A stretch of 64,000 nt of DNA from an uncultured Chloroflexus sp. (GCF_937951745.1 NZ_CALFBQ010000057.1:11796-75795), one strand, 5' to 3'; shown: positions 18,765 to 27,915, counted from the first letter of the stretch. The notes: generated by a model not told the origin, from the letters alone. Program-made: numbers and translations.

Positions 18765-19694
18765 ATGTCAAACGAACGCTTTGAATGCTGCATCTGCCAC
18801 CAACCCCAATCGCCGCCCTACCACATCCTCGGCGGGAGGATCTATTGCGCGCGCCATTATGCGCTAGTCAACAAACCGCACCGTGGTTTCTGGCAGGCCA
18901 GCCTTATCCAGATTCTCGGTATGGCTGCGCTCAGCGCGATGCTGGCATGGCTAGGCAATGCCATTGGCCCGCTCAGCGACCTGCCCCTGCTCTTGGCCGG
19001 CATTGTCTTGTCGGTGTTGCCGGCGGCGCTGTGGCTAATCTTCTTTTATCGCCAAGACCGACTCGAACCAGAACCGAAACACAAGCTTGCCGCCGTGTTC
19101 CTTATGGCGTTGTTGCTCACCGATGTGATCGGGCGGCGGGCGGTCGAAGAGTGGTGGCGGGTCAGTGAATGGGCAGCCGCCGATACAACTACGTCGTTGC
19201 TAGCGGCGCTCTGTATCTTGGGGCCGCTACGGCAGGTGATCGCTTACGTTGCCGTGCGCACAATGGTCTACGCTACCGATGAGTTCGATGAACGGATGGA
19301 TGGGATTGTCTATGGCACGGTCGCCGGTCTCGGCGTGGCTACCCTGCTCAATCTGCGCTACGTGTTGGCGAGCGAAGGGGTGGGGTTGGCGCCGGGGGTG
19401 ATCACGACTGCTACTACGGCGTTGGCACAGGCCAGCTTTGGCGGGTTGATGGGGTACGTCATGGCGGAAGCCAAATTTAGCCATCGCCCGATCTGGTTTG
19501 TACCGCTTGGCTTCGCCGTTACCGCTGCGCTGAACGGTTTGGTGAGCTGGCTAATCGCTGAAGTGAGCGCCGTGGGCCTTACCGTCGATCCGTGGCGTTC
19601 GCTGGCGCTGGGGGTGGCGGTGGCCCTGATCGCGTATCTCACCCTGATCGCCCTAGTCCGGCGGAGTGTGACGGTCACGTTGCAGCAGTCGTAG
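18765..19694 (+). CDS. PrsW-family intramembrane protease with N-terminal zinc-ribbon
   Basis: CCICHQ...YCARHY cysteine pairs, then multiple TM helices carrying FFYRQDRLEPEPK (PrsW E-E-x-x-K region) and DGIVYG. An alternative start exists at 18747. Confidence 0.7.
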   Translation: MSNERFECCICHQPQSPPYHILGGRIYCARHYALVNKPHRGFWQASLIQILGMAALSAMLAWLGNAIGPLSDLPLLLAGIVLSVLPAALWLIFFYRQDRLEPEPKHKLAAVFLMALLLTDVIGRRAVEEWWRVSEWAAADTTTSLLAALCILGPLRQVIAYVAVRTMVYATDEFDERMDGIVYGTVAGLGVATLLNLRYVLASEGVGLAPGVITTATTALAQASFGGLMGYVMAEAKFSHRPIWFVPLGFAVTAALNGLVSWLIAEVSAVGLTVDPWRSLALGVAVALIAYLTLIALVRRSVTVTLQQS

Positions 19695-19711
19695 TAGCGA
19701 GCAGAACCCTA

Positions 19712-20317
19712 ATGATCGGGCAGATTGGCAATGAACGCGTTTGGCGCGTGCGGCTCTGGAATAAAGACCTCGGCGTGGCGCTGGTCACGATGCTGGCGCT
19801 ATTAGCCGGCACGTTGCTGATGTGGCGCACCGAGACGGCAACCCGATCGTTTGTTAGCCCTGATGAAACTTTCCGCCTCGCCTATCCGGCCCATTGGGTC
19901 AGTGTTGACGCGCTGAATGATCTGCTGCTGAAGGTGGAAGATCCGCAAACGGCGAGCTTGTTCAAGACCACGCTAAGCGTTGAACAACGCGACATTGATC
20001 CGGCCAATCCGCCGACCTTGCAGGAGCTGCTCGACCGCCGGATGGAAGATCGCAGTCTGCTAACTGCCTACCATTTTCTGCGCGAAGCCGAGACAGCAGT
20101 CGCTGGCCAGCGCGCGATTGCTACCGATTTTGCCTATGTGGTACAGCCAATTGATGAGCCGCGCCGTCCGGCTTTACCGGTGGTAGTGCGGGTGCGCGAA
20201 TATATCTTCATCACCGCGAACCATTCATTCTATCTGACGCTAGCTGCTCCCGCCGCCGAATTTGACCGGCTTAAAGGCACGCTGGCGCGAATTATCGCTT
20301 CGGTGGAGGTGCCATGA
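19712..20317 (+). CDS. membrane-anchored hypothetical protein (PsbP/DcrB-like fold suspected)
   Basis: One TM helix (LGVALVTMLALLAGTLLMW), then FRLAYPAHW, a motif typical of DUF1795/PsbP-like domains. I chose the ATG at 19712, 17 nt after the PrsW stop. Confidence 0.5.
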   Translation: MIGQIGNERVWRVRLWNKDLGVALVTMLALLAGTLLMWRTETATRSFVSPDETFRLAYPAHWVSVDALNDLLLKVEDPQTASLFKTTLSVEQRDIDPANPPTLQELLDRRMEDRSLLTAYHFLREAETAVAGQRAIATDFAYVVQPIDEPRRPALPVVVRVREYIFITANHSFYLTLAAPAAEFDRLKGTLARIIASVEVP

Positions 20318-20733
20318 GTATGCCCGATGAGCAAGGCGGCTGGTCGCTCGGTGAGCGTCTCGCTGATGGCAGCGACGCATCATTGCGCGCACCGGCGCTG
20401 CCCCGGCTAGCGTTGTTGAGGGTGAGCCGTAGCGGCGGCCTGCGTTTCACCACCCGCACTATCACCATCTACCACAACGGCTTGGTGATCGGCAACGATC
20501 CTGCCCGCCGTCCACGCACCCTCTCGCCGCAAGTCATCGCTCGCCTCCACCACGCCCTCTTGCGCGCGCGCCCCTGCCGCCTCCCCCGCCGCATCGCATT
20601 ATCGCCCGACAGTTATGTCTACTCTTTCCACGTCCGCATTGGCGAACGCATCTGCCAGTTTGAAGTCGTTGCCGCCAACGCGCCGCCGGCAGTGCATGCC
20701 CTGCTGCGTTTGGTGCACCAAGCAGGGTTCTAA
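20314..20733 (+). CDS. emfourin-like protein (candidate M4 protease inhibitor)
   Basis: 4-nt ATGA overlap with the preceding gene. Contains VSRSGGLRF and SPDSYVYSFHVRIG...APPAVHALLRLV, which resembles the [RK][ST]GG[FL]..., PD.[FY].Y..V pattern I recall for emfourin-family proteins. Confidence 0.45.
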   Translation: MSMPDEQGGWSLGERLADGSDASLRAPALPRLALLRVSRSGGLRFTTRTITIYHNGLVIGNDPARRPRTLSPQVIARLHHALLRARPCRLPRRIALSPDSYVYSFHVRIGERICQFEVVAANAPPAVHALLRLVHQAGF

Positions 20734-20939
20734 CCACTGGCGCCATTATTCTGCTTGTGATCGTGCTCAGGGGGATCGACTGCTGTTCAAGCGGTAGGCT
20801 GAGCAACGTGCCATCCGGCCACCTACTCGTGATCGGCGACAGCCTGTTTTCCCAACAAAGCCTATTTCGTGGTATGCTGCCAGTAAGCGCATCGCGTGGC
20901 ACTGTTCGCCGCGCATTGCTCAATCACGAGGAGGTGTTT

Positions 20940-22025
20940 ATGAATAGTAATGACGTAAAACTCTTGCAATCAATGCGCAGCAATCCCTCACTGACCATCA
21001 CGTTACCCACTCACCGCACCTCCCCCGACAACAAACAAGACCCCATCCGAGTCAAGAATCTGGTTACGGCTGCCGCTAACCGGCTCACCGGCACCTACGG
21101 CAAGCGCACCGTCGAACCAATCTTGCGCCGGCTTGAGGCGCTGGCCGGCGACATCGATTACCGTTACACGCTGGACGGATTGGCAATGTTTGTCAATCAA
21201 GACACCTCATTTATGTTTATGGTGCCATTTGCGCTGAAAGAGCGGGTAGTGGTGGATGAAACGTTCTACACCCGCGATCTGGTTTACGCGCTCAACCGCA
21301 CGCCGCGCTATTGGGTGCTTGCCCTCAGCGAGAAGCCAACCCGCCTGTTCGAGGCTACTCGCGAGACGTTGCAAGAAATTCAGACCGGCGGCTTCCCCAT
21401 GACCCACCTTGGGCCGGGTGGCGCGCGCGGCATTCCCAACGACCCGGCGATTAACCAGTCGGCCTACCGCGACGAACATCACCGCATCTTCTTCCGGCAG
21501 GTTGATGAAGCCTTCGCGCCGTTTATGGCTGGCGATCCGTTGCCGCTGGCGCTGATTGGGGTTGATCGCTACCTCGCCTTTTTCCGCGAAGTGAGCAAGC
21601 ACCACGACGCAATTGTCGCCACCCTGACCGGCAATTACGATACCTTCACCGCCCACGATCTTGGCCGCCTGATCTGGCCGTTGGTTGAAACCAACCTGCA
21701 ACACCGCAGCCAACAAGTCTTGCGTGAGCTTGAGGTAGCGGTAGGAGGGCAACGCTACTGCTCTACGTTGGGGGAAGTGTGGCGATTTGCCCACGAAGGT
21801 CGCATCGCAACCCTGTTAGTCGAGGAAGACTACCACCAGCCCGCGTTGGTTGACGAGAGCAGCCAACGCTTAATCTTCATTGATGAGCCAACCACGCCAG
21901 CCGCTCTCGATGACGCAGTGGACGAGGTGATCGCAGTGGTGATTGATCGCGGCGGCAAGGTGGTCTTTGTGCCGAACGGTTCCCTCCAAGCCCACCAGCG
22001 GATTGCGGCGATTTTGCGATATTAG
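20940..22025 (+). CDS. bacterial eRF1-like (baeRF-family) protein
   Basis: gaggagg SD 5 nt before the ATG at 20940. N-terminal LTITLPTHRTSPDNKQDPIRVKNL, central PLPLALIGV, and C-terminal GRIATLLVEED...DDAVDEVIAVVIDRGGKVVFV...AAILRY. This layout matches what I recall of baeRF3-type release-factor-like proteins. Confidence 0.5.
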   Translation: MNSNDVKLLQSMRSNPSLTITLPTHRTSPDNKQDPIRVKNLVTAAANRLTGTYGKRTVEPILRRLEALAGDIDYRYTLDGLAMFVNQDTSFMFMVPFALKERVVVDETFYTRDLVYALNRTPRYWVLALSEKPTRLFEATRETLQEIQTGGFPMTHLGPGGARGIPNDPAINQSAYRDEHHRIFFRQVDEAFAPFMAGDPLPLALIGVDRYLAFFREVSKHHDAIVATLTGNYDTFTAHDLGRLIWPLVETNLQHRSQQVLRELEVAVGGQRYCSTLGEVWRFAHEGRIATLLVEEDYHQPALVDESSQRLIFIDEPTTPAALDDAVDEVIAVVIDRGGKVVFVPNGSLQAHQRIAAILRY

Positions 22026-22036
22026 TGCCGTGACGT

Positions 22037-22208
22037 TGTCATTGCGAGAGTGTGCCCCTCGTGTCATTGCGAGGGAGCGACGGCAGCCGGCGCGGCTGGG
22101 TACCGCCCGACCACAGCAATCTCCTGCTTCAGCGCAACCAATGGCGGAACCAATCTTTCCCGTGCTCGCAGGAGATTGCTGTGCCGTCTCCGGCGGCTCG
22201 CAATGACA
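22037..22208. repeat. nested palindromic (REP/MITE-like) element
   Basis: Half copy tgtcattgcgag at 22037-22048. Full element: outer arms tgtcattgcgag (22062-22073) and ctcgcaatgaca (22197-22208); inner arms cacagcaatctcctgc (22112-22127) and gcaggagattgctgtg (22168-22183). Confidence 0.75.
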
Positions 22209-22289
22209 ATTGGGGAGCGGAACCGGTGAAGGGACTGAACCGTTTGACTGATAAGGACGAGCCAGTGCCAGCCTTTAACCGCTGCCTCA

Positions 22290-23636
22290 TCACACCGTCA
22301 CAAACCGGTACAGCGCCTCCCAATCGTTGCGCGACCGTTGCCCAATCGCGAAGAATTGATTGAGCAACTCTTCAACCACCTCAACAAAATCGCAATATTC
22401 AGCTTCGGTAATCTGGCGGAAGCCGTGGGCGAGAATGCTGCGATTGCGGACGTGTGAGCGATTGCGAATCTCGATTGGTTCCACACGTTGCACCAAAGGA
22501 TCGTTCAGCGCAGCTAGCAGCATATAGCCATTGAGTAGCGTAATCGGGTTGTATGCGCCATTGCGGTTCGGTTGCAATCCCCGCCCCTGAAAACCGAGCG
22601 ATTGCTCAACCTGCCGGTAACGTTGATCAAGATCTGGAATCCGTTGCTTGAGCGTATCTAAATCAGGTTCTTCAGCTAACACGTCATAGGTCGCCAGCCG
22701 GTGCTGGCTCATCAATTCCATACACCGGTATCGCAGTAATGCGGCTGTGTCGAAGCGTCGCTGCGCTTCACGGCGCAAAGCATTGGCGTGCAGCGAACCA
22801 AGCAGCGGCAGCACAGCATCGAGGTCTTTCAGAGTGGCAAGAGCGCGAGCGGATTGTGTCATGGCACTGATAGTCTGGACGAGGTGCGCTAACGCAGTCT
22901 GCTGAGCTTGTAAGACGTTATGATGGTGCGCGAGTTTCGCAGGCAACGGTTTACTCAGCAGACTCTGCAACGTCTGGGCAGCAGCCTTCAAATCAAACGC
23001 TTCCCATTTGATATAAGAGTCGGCCAATTGTCTGAGGGCGGCATACGTTGCGCGATCGGGTTCCGGCGCCCGCCGGGCTAGATCGGCGTAGATTTGCTCT
23101 GCGCGCAGGTAGTCGTGGGTATTGAAGGCGCGAGCGGCCTCCTCTGCTTCGAGATCGCCAAAGACTTCATACGGATCAGGCGGATCGATCAGACGCTGCG
23201 TGCCCGGCTTAGGCCGGTTTTGCTCGTAATCACTCTCGATGTAGATGGTGCCGAGGTCGAGCACATAGGCCGCTTTGGCCAACCCTACCGACATAACTTT
23301 GGTACCGGCGGTTAAATCAACGAGGATCTGTTCGCGCGGCAGATCAGACCACTTCTCGATGATCGCGCGCAATGCGCGATAGACCTGCTTAATGTCGGTG
23401 TAATGGACTTCCTCGCGCAACCAATTCGGATCAGGCGATAACTCGATCTGCTGCGTCACTCGTTCAGGGAAGTTATGCGTTTCCGGCGTCAGCAGAAAGG
23501 CAACTCGCTGCGGTTGCAGTGCCGCCAGCAAAAGCGCAGCGGTATCGGTTTGGCCGCTGCCGGTGAGGATTAATGCCACCGCACGCCGGTCACCTACTCG
23601 TTCGCAGAAGCGACGGAGTTGTTCGTTAAAGTCCAT
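22290..23636 (-). CDS. CARF-HEPN protein (Cas02710 / TIGR02710-like CRISPR-associated RNase family)
   Basis: 448 aa. Rossmann-like N-terminus with VALILTGSG and the CARF motif VDLTAGTK. Helical middle region. C-terminal HEPN Rx4-6H motif RNRSILAHG. aggag SD. Confidence 0.75.
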   Translation of the reverse strand: MDFNEQLRRFCERVGDRRAVALILTGSGQTDTAALLLAALQPQRVAFLLTPETHNFPERVTQQIELSPDPNWLREEVHYTDIKQVYRALRAIIEKWSDLPREQILVDLTAGTKVMSVGLAKAAYVLDLGTIYIESDYEQNRPKPGTQRLIDPPDPYEVFGDLEAEEAARAFNTHDYLRAEQIYADLARRAPEPDRATYAALRQLADSYIKWEAFDLKAAAQTLQSLLSKPLPAKLAHHHNVLQAQQTALAHLVQTISAMTQSARALATLKDLDAVLPLLGSLHANALRREAQRRFDTAALLRYRCMELMSQHRLATYDVLAEEPDLDTLKQRIPDLDQRYRQVEQSLGFQGRGLQPNRNGAYNPITLLNGYMLLAALNDPLVQRVEPIEIRNRSHVRNRSILAHGFRQITEAEYCDFVEVVEELLNQFFAIGQRSRNDWEALYRFVTV

Positions 23637-23775
23637 TGCTGTCTCCTAAGGCATCTCGTTTCAGGGCGGGCCAACGACCTACGCTCCATCGTCCCACCCG
23701 GCACCCGGGTGACTCGCCCGCAATCATCACGTTCTAAGCGTTACCGTAGTAGACGCACCTCGATCTAAACGAGCC

Positions 23776-23943
23776 CTAGCACTGTTGCGGGCAAGCAATT
23801 CGTTGCAACGCATAGCCCAACCCGCTGCAAAACAACGCGCCTTTGAACGACGGCAACCGTACTGGCGCCGCCAGCCGCAGCGTGACCCGGATCCGTAACA
23901 CATGCAACGCCGGCAGAGTCAGTTTAGGTTCAGCCATAACCAT
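23776..23943 (-). pseudogene. truncated cas6-like (DUF2276/PF10040-type RAMP) N-terminal remnant
   Basis: Translation is MVMAEPKLTLPALHVLRIRVTLRLAAPVRLPSFKGALFCSGLGYALQRIACPQQC, then TAG. Read-through gives GSFRSRCVYYGNA, then another stop. Only about 140 nt remain before the next gene. Confidence 0.4.
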
Positions 23944-24252
23944 TGACTTTCCGTGACCAAAAGCTCGTAACCAAGAACACCGTATTGCCACTAGGCCACC
24001 CCCCGGCGGGAGATGGCGCCGCATGCTCCACCTACACGAAGGCGGGAACGGATAGCGCAAAACGTAGGTCGCAAACTAGCTTGGCATTTAGGTGCAAGTA
24101 TACCGCATTGGTGTTGAAAGCACGTGCGATGAGCTAAACAGATCACGGTTTGCTGAACGAATCGAACAATTTGTACCTTCCCATACGATTGCTGCGACTG
24201 GTACGATACATGTATTCATGGCAGACGACCAGTACGTAAAGGATGGTCAAAC

Positions 24253-27200
24253 ATGCCGCTCAATCCTGCAACTGAGAAGGCGCAGTCTAGCCCCGACATG
24301 CGTTTCAATCTCAACTGGCGGTGGCGCCAGCTCAGAGCATGGTTCGGCCAAGAGCGCGGTGCGTTGTTCTTGATTTGGTGCCTGCGGGTCGGTGGTTTAG
24401 GTTTGCTCATCGTGTGGGCATGGCTCAAAGCGCCAAACATACCGGAGCCAAACTTAAAAACAGGCTGGCTTATCATCGGCATAATGACCTGTTTTCAGGT
24501 GTTTACGGCTGTTTGGGGTGCGTTTCAACCGGAACAATGGCACAAACCGTTAGCGAAGTTCCTGCAAAATCTGATCGAAGTCATCTTAATCAGCTTGGCT
24601 ATTCTGCAGCTTGGGGCGGCGTCCAACGTCTTTTGGGTGCTCTACCTCATCCCCATCGTTAGCGCGATGCGCTTTCTCAACAACCTCTGGGGCAGCATCA
24701 TTAGTGGGCTTTCGATTAGCGCGGCCACCGCGGTAGGCAGCTTTCATGCTGATAGTCTGCTCGAAATCGCGATCGCGCCTACCATTACGATCTTTGGCTT
24801 GCTGTTGTTATATGTCTTGCGCCGCATATCGTTGCATCCGGACGCTTTTGCGAGTTTGCAGACCGAATTAGTCCAAATCCTTGATCGATATCAAGCTGGA
24901 ATCTGCGTGGTCGATCAACATCGCCGGCTCGTGTTTGTCAATCATGCGCTCGAACAGCAATTTGGCCCATGGACGCCAAAGATGACCTGCTACGAGTATT
25001 TGGTTTGCTTGCATGCGAATTGCGTAGCCTGCCAACAGCCCCAACCCTATCCGCAACGATACACTATGCAAATTCCCGGTGGGCGTAGAATCAAATTTGA
25101 TGTCGAGTCGCAACGGGTCGCAGATGGTGAGCAGCTCTTGCTGTTTCTCAATCCACCGCGCACGATCCGGCTGGATTTGTACGAACAATTGCTCAATGCT
25201 ATTGTTGAAGAGGATCAGCAAGGGTATACAATCGCTCTTCACCAACTGCTGAACTCGGTGCGTAAAGATTTTGGAGCGGAATCAGCGGCGATCTTTTGGT
25301 TCAAGGATGGGCGGCTGACCCGTGACATCATCAGTGGCCCGCCCTTACCGTTCGAGGAGAATTACGAATTAGGCCAAGGGATTACCGGGCTTGCATTGCC
25401 CGGTTTAGCGGGATCACCGTTTGGGCGAACCGTTGTCGCCAATAACCTCGACGCCGCACCAGTGATCATCGATAATCTTGCCGAATATCTGGCCGCGCAT
25501 CCCAAATATTTTGAGGCATACAAACAGGCCCTCCCTAGCAGGCAAGTGAAACATCTCTTAGTCGTACCACTCAACGGACGCCGGCGGATTATCGGCGTTG
25601 TGCGGTTAGTCAACCGGCTGAACGAGCACGGCCAATTGCACAGTGAGGGGTTTCAGCGCCTGCATGAAATTGATTTGACCATGATCTGCGAACGGCTCGC
25701 CCATGCAATCGAGTACCGGGAACTGTACCTTGCCCGGCAACGGCAGCTTGAAGAGACGGAACGGTTCTACCGCATCTACGATGCCAGCACGCGCGGCCAA
25801 ACCGTTTTTGCTACGATCGTTGAAGAAGCGCTGAAAGCGTTTCCTGCCGCAAGCAAATGTGAAATCCGGCGGCTCGATCGGGCGAGCCAGACCTTACAAT
25901 TGATCGTGGCCCGCCACCGGCGCGGCTTTGATTACGGCGCACCACCTAGCCCCCTCGCCGGCATTAATGCGCGCGCACTGCGTGAAGGGCACATTCAGTT
26001 TGTCACGGATACCGCTCACGACCCCGATTTTATTCACCGCAAACCACCTATTGGCGCGCTGATGGTCGCGCCACTGATCGGCTACCTCGGCATTATTGGC
26101 ATTCTCACCCTTGATTACGATAAGCCACGGACATTTACCTCCGAGGAACGCCGGCGGTTCGAGGCGCTGGCAACCCATGCCAAGATGGCAGCAGCCGTGA
26201 TCTGGCGGAACGAACAGGCTGAGCGCCTGCGCAAGCATATTCAGCAGATGAGCGACTTGAGCAAAGGCATTACCGGCGTCTATCAGCATATCCTCAAAGC
26301 TTATCATAATCTGATTGGCTACGACAGCGCTTCGATTCAGTTGCTCTACGGCCATTATTTGCAGATTGTCGAATGCGACGGCTTTGCTGATCGGAACGCG
26401 GTTTGTTCCTTATCGTTCGATATTCACGATGAGCGGTTCCCTAACAGCCGTGTGTTGCGTGAGCAACAACCGCTGGTTGAGACGGATGTCACCCAAACCT
26501 ACCCCCACTTTGTCCAAGAATCGGAACGGTATCAGACAGCGAATATTCGCAGTATCCTCTATACACCGCTGATCTATCGCAGCCAATGCATTGGGATGAT
26601 CGCGCTTGACAGTCATACGCCCGCCTTCTACCGTGAAGGCGATGTAGTATTGAGCATGCTGCTTGCCAATGCCGCCGCTTCGGCAATTGACAACGCGCGG
26701 CTGGTGGAAACGCTACAACAGCAACAAAAACAGTTACGGGTGTTGCTTGAGAGCGGCACGGCGTTAATGAGCATTCATGACGAGCGCAAACTCATTGCAT
26801 CGTATGCCCAGCTCGGAGCGAACCTGTTCGCATGCGAGCACTGTACCATCTTCCTGCGCCGATCACCAGATTATGAGTTTGAGCTAGCGGTGTCATCGCA
26901 GCGCGATGGTTACTTCGACAATGAAGCCTATTGGCGTTTGGCGACCACCATTGCGGCGCACAATCAGATCATCACCCTTACTGGTGATACGTTGCTGGCA
27001 TGGTATGCCGAACATGGCATTGCCGGCGATGAGCTTGAGCATTTGCCTACCGCGCGCGGTCGTTCCTTGCTTGCTGGCCCGATTCGCGACCAGCGCCAGA
27101 TGGTGGTTGGCGTATTAATCTTTGAAAATTACGAACCTGACTATGGCGAGGGTTTCCCTGCGCCAGCGCATGATTTATTGGAATTATTTGGTAAACAAGT

Positions 27201-27915
27201 CTTGAACGGGGTGAATATCGTCAATATTCGCCGGACAACCCGCGAAAGTTTAGGTCTCGATGTCCATGATCTGCTTAATTTTGTGCAAGGAACCATAATT
27301 TTCTCACTCAATACGATGATCAGACAACTCGAACGAGCTGAGCCGGTAGCTTCGATTACCCCACAGTTACTGCAAACGAATCAAGCGGCGAAGTTTCTCT
27401 ACCAACAATTGCGCTATATTCAAGACGATCTCCGCGGACGTACCGATCTCGAGCAGTCATTTGACCGGATGGTCAATGATTACATCAATTTGCTTAGAGG
27501 ATCGGTGCTCAAAGATATCCCGATCTTCTTCGATCCCTTGACCAACATCAGCCTGCCTCGGAAAACGGCTTACGCCCTCTTCCGCATTTGTCAAGAAGCA
27601 CTCGCCAATATCGCGAAACACGCTGAAATCCATCTCAAGCCAGACGGCGCGGTATGGATTAAGTACACCCAAACAGACACTGGCTTTACGCTCACGATCG
27701 AAGATAACGGTCGCGGTATGGCGGAGAGTATGGAAAGCCTGCGCCAGCGGGGTGCGTATGGTTTAACTGCAATTCAACAATGGGCTGAACGGATCGGCGG
27801 GCGGGCAACCGTACAACCACGTCCTACAGGCGGCGTCATCGTGCAGATCACCGGACCGATCAAGGAGGAGCAGGCATGGACACCCTCATCAGAGTCGTTA
27901 TTGCCGATGATTTAG
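24253..27915 (+). CDS. multi-domain sensor histidine kinase (TM region, Cys-motif PAS, several GAF domains, HisKA_3 + HATPase)
   Basis: 1220 aa. About 5 N-terminal TM helices. PAS-like GICVVDQHRRLVFVN with CYEYLVCLHANCVACQ. Repeated GAF-like blocks. H-box LGLDVHDLLNF. ATPase motifs QEALANIAKHA, IEDNGRGM and YGLTAIQQWAERIGG. Confidence 0.85.
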   Translation: MPLNPATEKAQSSPDMRFNLNWRWRQLRAWFGQERGALFLIWCLRVGGLGLLIVWAWLKAPNIPEPNLKTGWLIIGIMTCFQVFTAVWGAFQPEQWHKPLAKFLQNLIEVILISLAILQLGAASNVFWVLYLIPIVSAMRFLNNLWGSIISGLSISAATAVGSFHADSLLEIAIAPTITIFGLLLLYVLRRISLHPDAFASLQTELVQILDRYQAGICVVDQHRRLVFVNHALEQQFGPWTPKMTCYEYLVCLHANCVACQQPQPYPQRYTMQIPGGRRIKFDVESQRVADGEQLLLFLNPPRTIRLDLYEQLLNAIVEEDQQGYTIALHQLLNSVRKDFGAESAAIFWFKDGRLTRDIISGPPLPFEENYELGQGITGLALPGLAGSPFGRTVVANNLDAAPVIIDNLAEYLAAHPKYFEAYKQALPSRQVKHLLVVPLNGRRRIIGVVRLVNRLNEHGQLHSEGFQRLHEIDLTMICERLAHAIEYRELYLARQRQLEETERFYRIYDASTRGQTVFATIVEEALKAFPAASKCEIRRLDRASQTLQLIVARHRRGFDYGAPPSPLAGINARALREGHIQFVTDTAHDPDFIHRKPPIGALMVAPLIGYLGIIGILTLDYDKPRTFTSEERRRFEALATHAKMAAAVIWRNEQAERLRKHIQQMSDLSKGITGVYQHILKAYHNLIGYDSASIQLLYGHYLQIVECDGFADRNAVCSLSFDIHDERFPNSRVLREQQPLVETDVTQTYPHFVQESERYQTANIRSILYTPLIYRSQCIGMIALDSHTPAFYREGDVVLSMLLANAAASAIDNARLVETLQQQQKQLRVLLESGTALMSIHDERKLIASYAQLGANLFACEHCTIFLRRSPDYEFELAVSSQRDGYFDNEAYWRLATTIAAHNQIITLTGDTLLAWYAEHGIAGDELEHLPTARGRSLLAGPIRDQRQMVVGVLIFENYEPDYGEGFPAPAHDLLELFGKQVLNGVNIVNIRRTTRESLGLDVHDLLNFVQGTIIFSLNTMIRQLERAEPVASITPQLLQTNQAAKFLYQQLRYIQDDLRGRTDLEQSFDRMVNDYINLLRGSVLKDIPIFFDPLTNISLPRKTAYALFRICQEALANIAKHAEIHLKPDGAVWIKYTQTDTGFTLTIEDNGRGMAESMESLRQRGAYGLTAIQQWAERIGGRATVQPRPTGGVIVQITGPIKEEQAWTPSSESLLPMI

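Noticed and set aside
22052-22363. 103-aa plus-strand ORF
   Set aside because: It is read across the palindromic repeat element and into the 3' end of the CARF-HEPN gene. Such repeat-derived ORFs (..SLRGSDGSRR.. type) are artefacts.
22026-24252. Search for a CRISPR repeat-spacer array next to the CARF-HEPN gene
   Set aside because: The only repeats present are the inverted arms of the palindromic element. There is no regularly spaced direct repeat of 25-40 bp.
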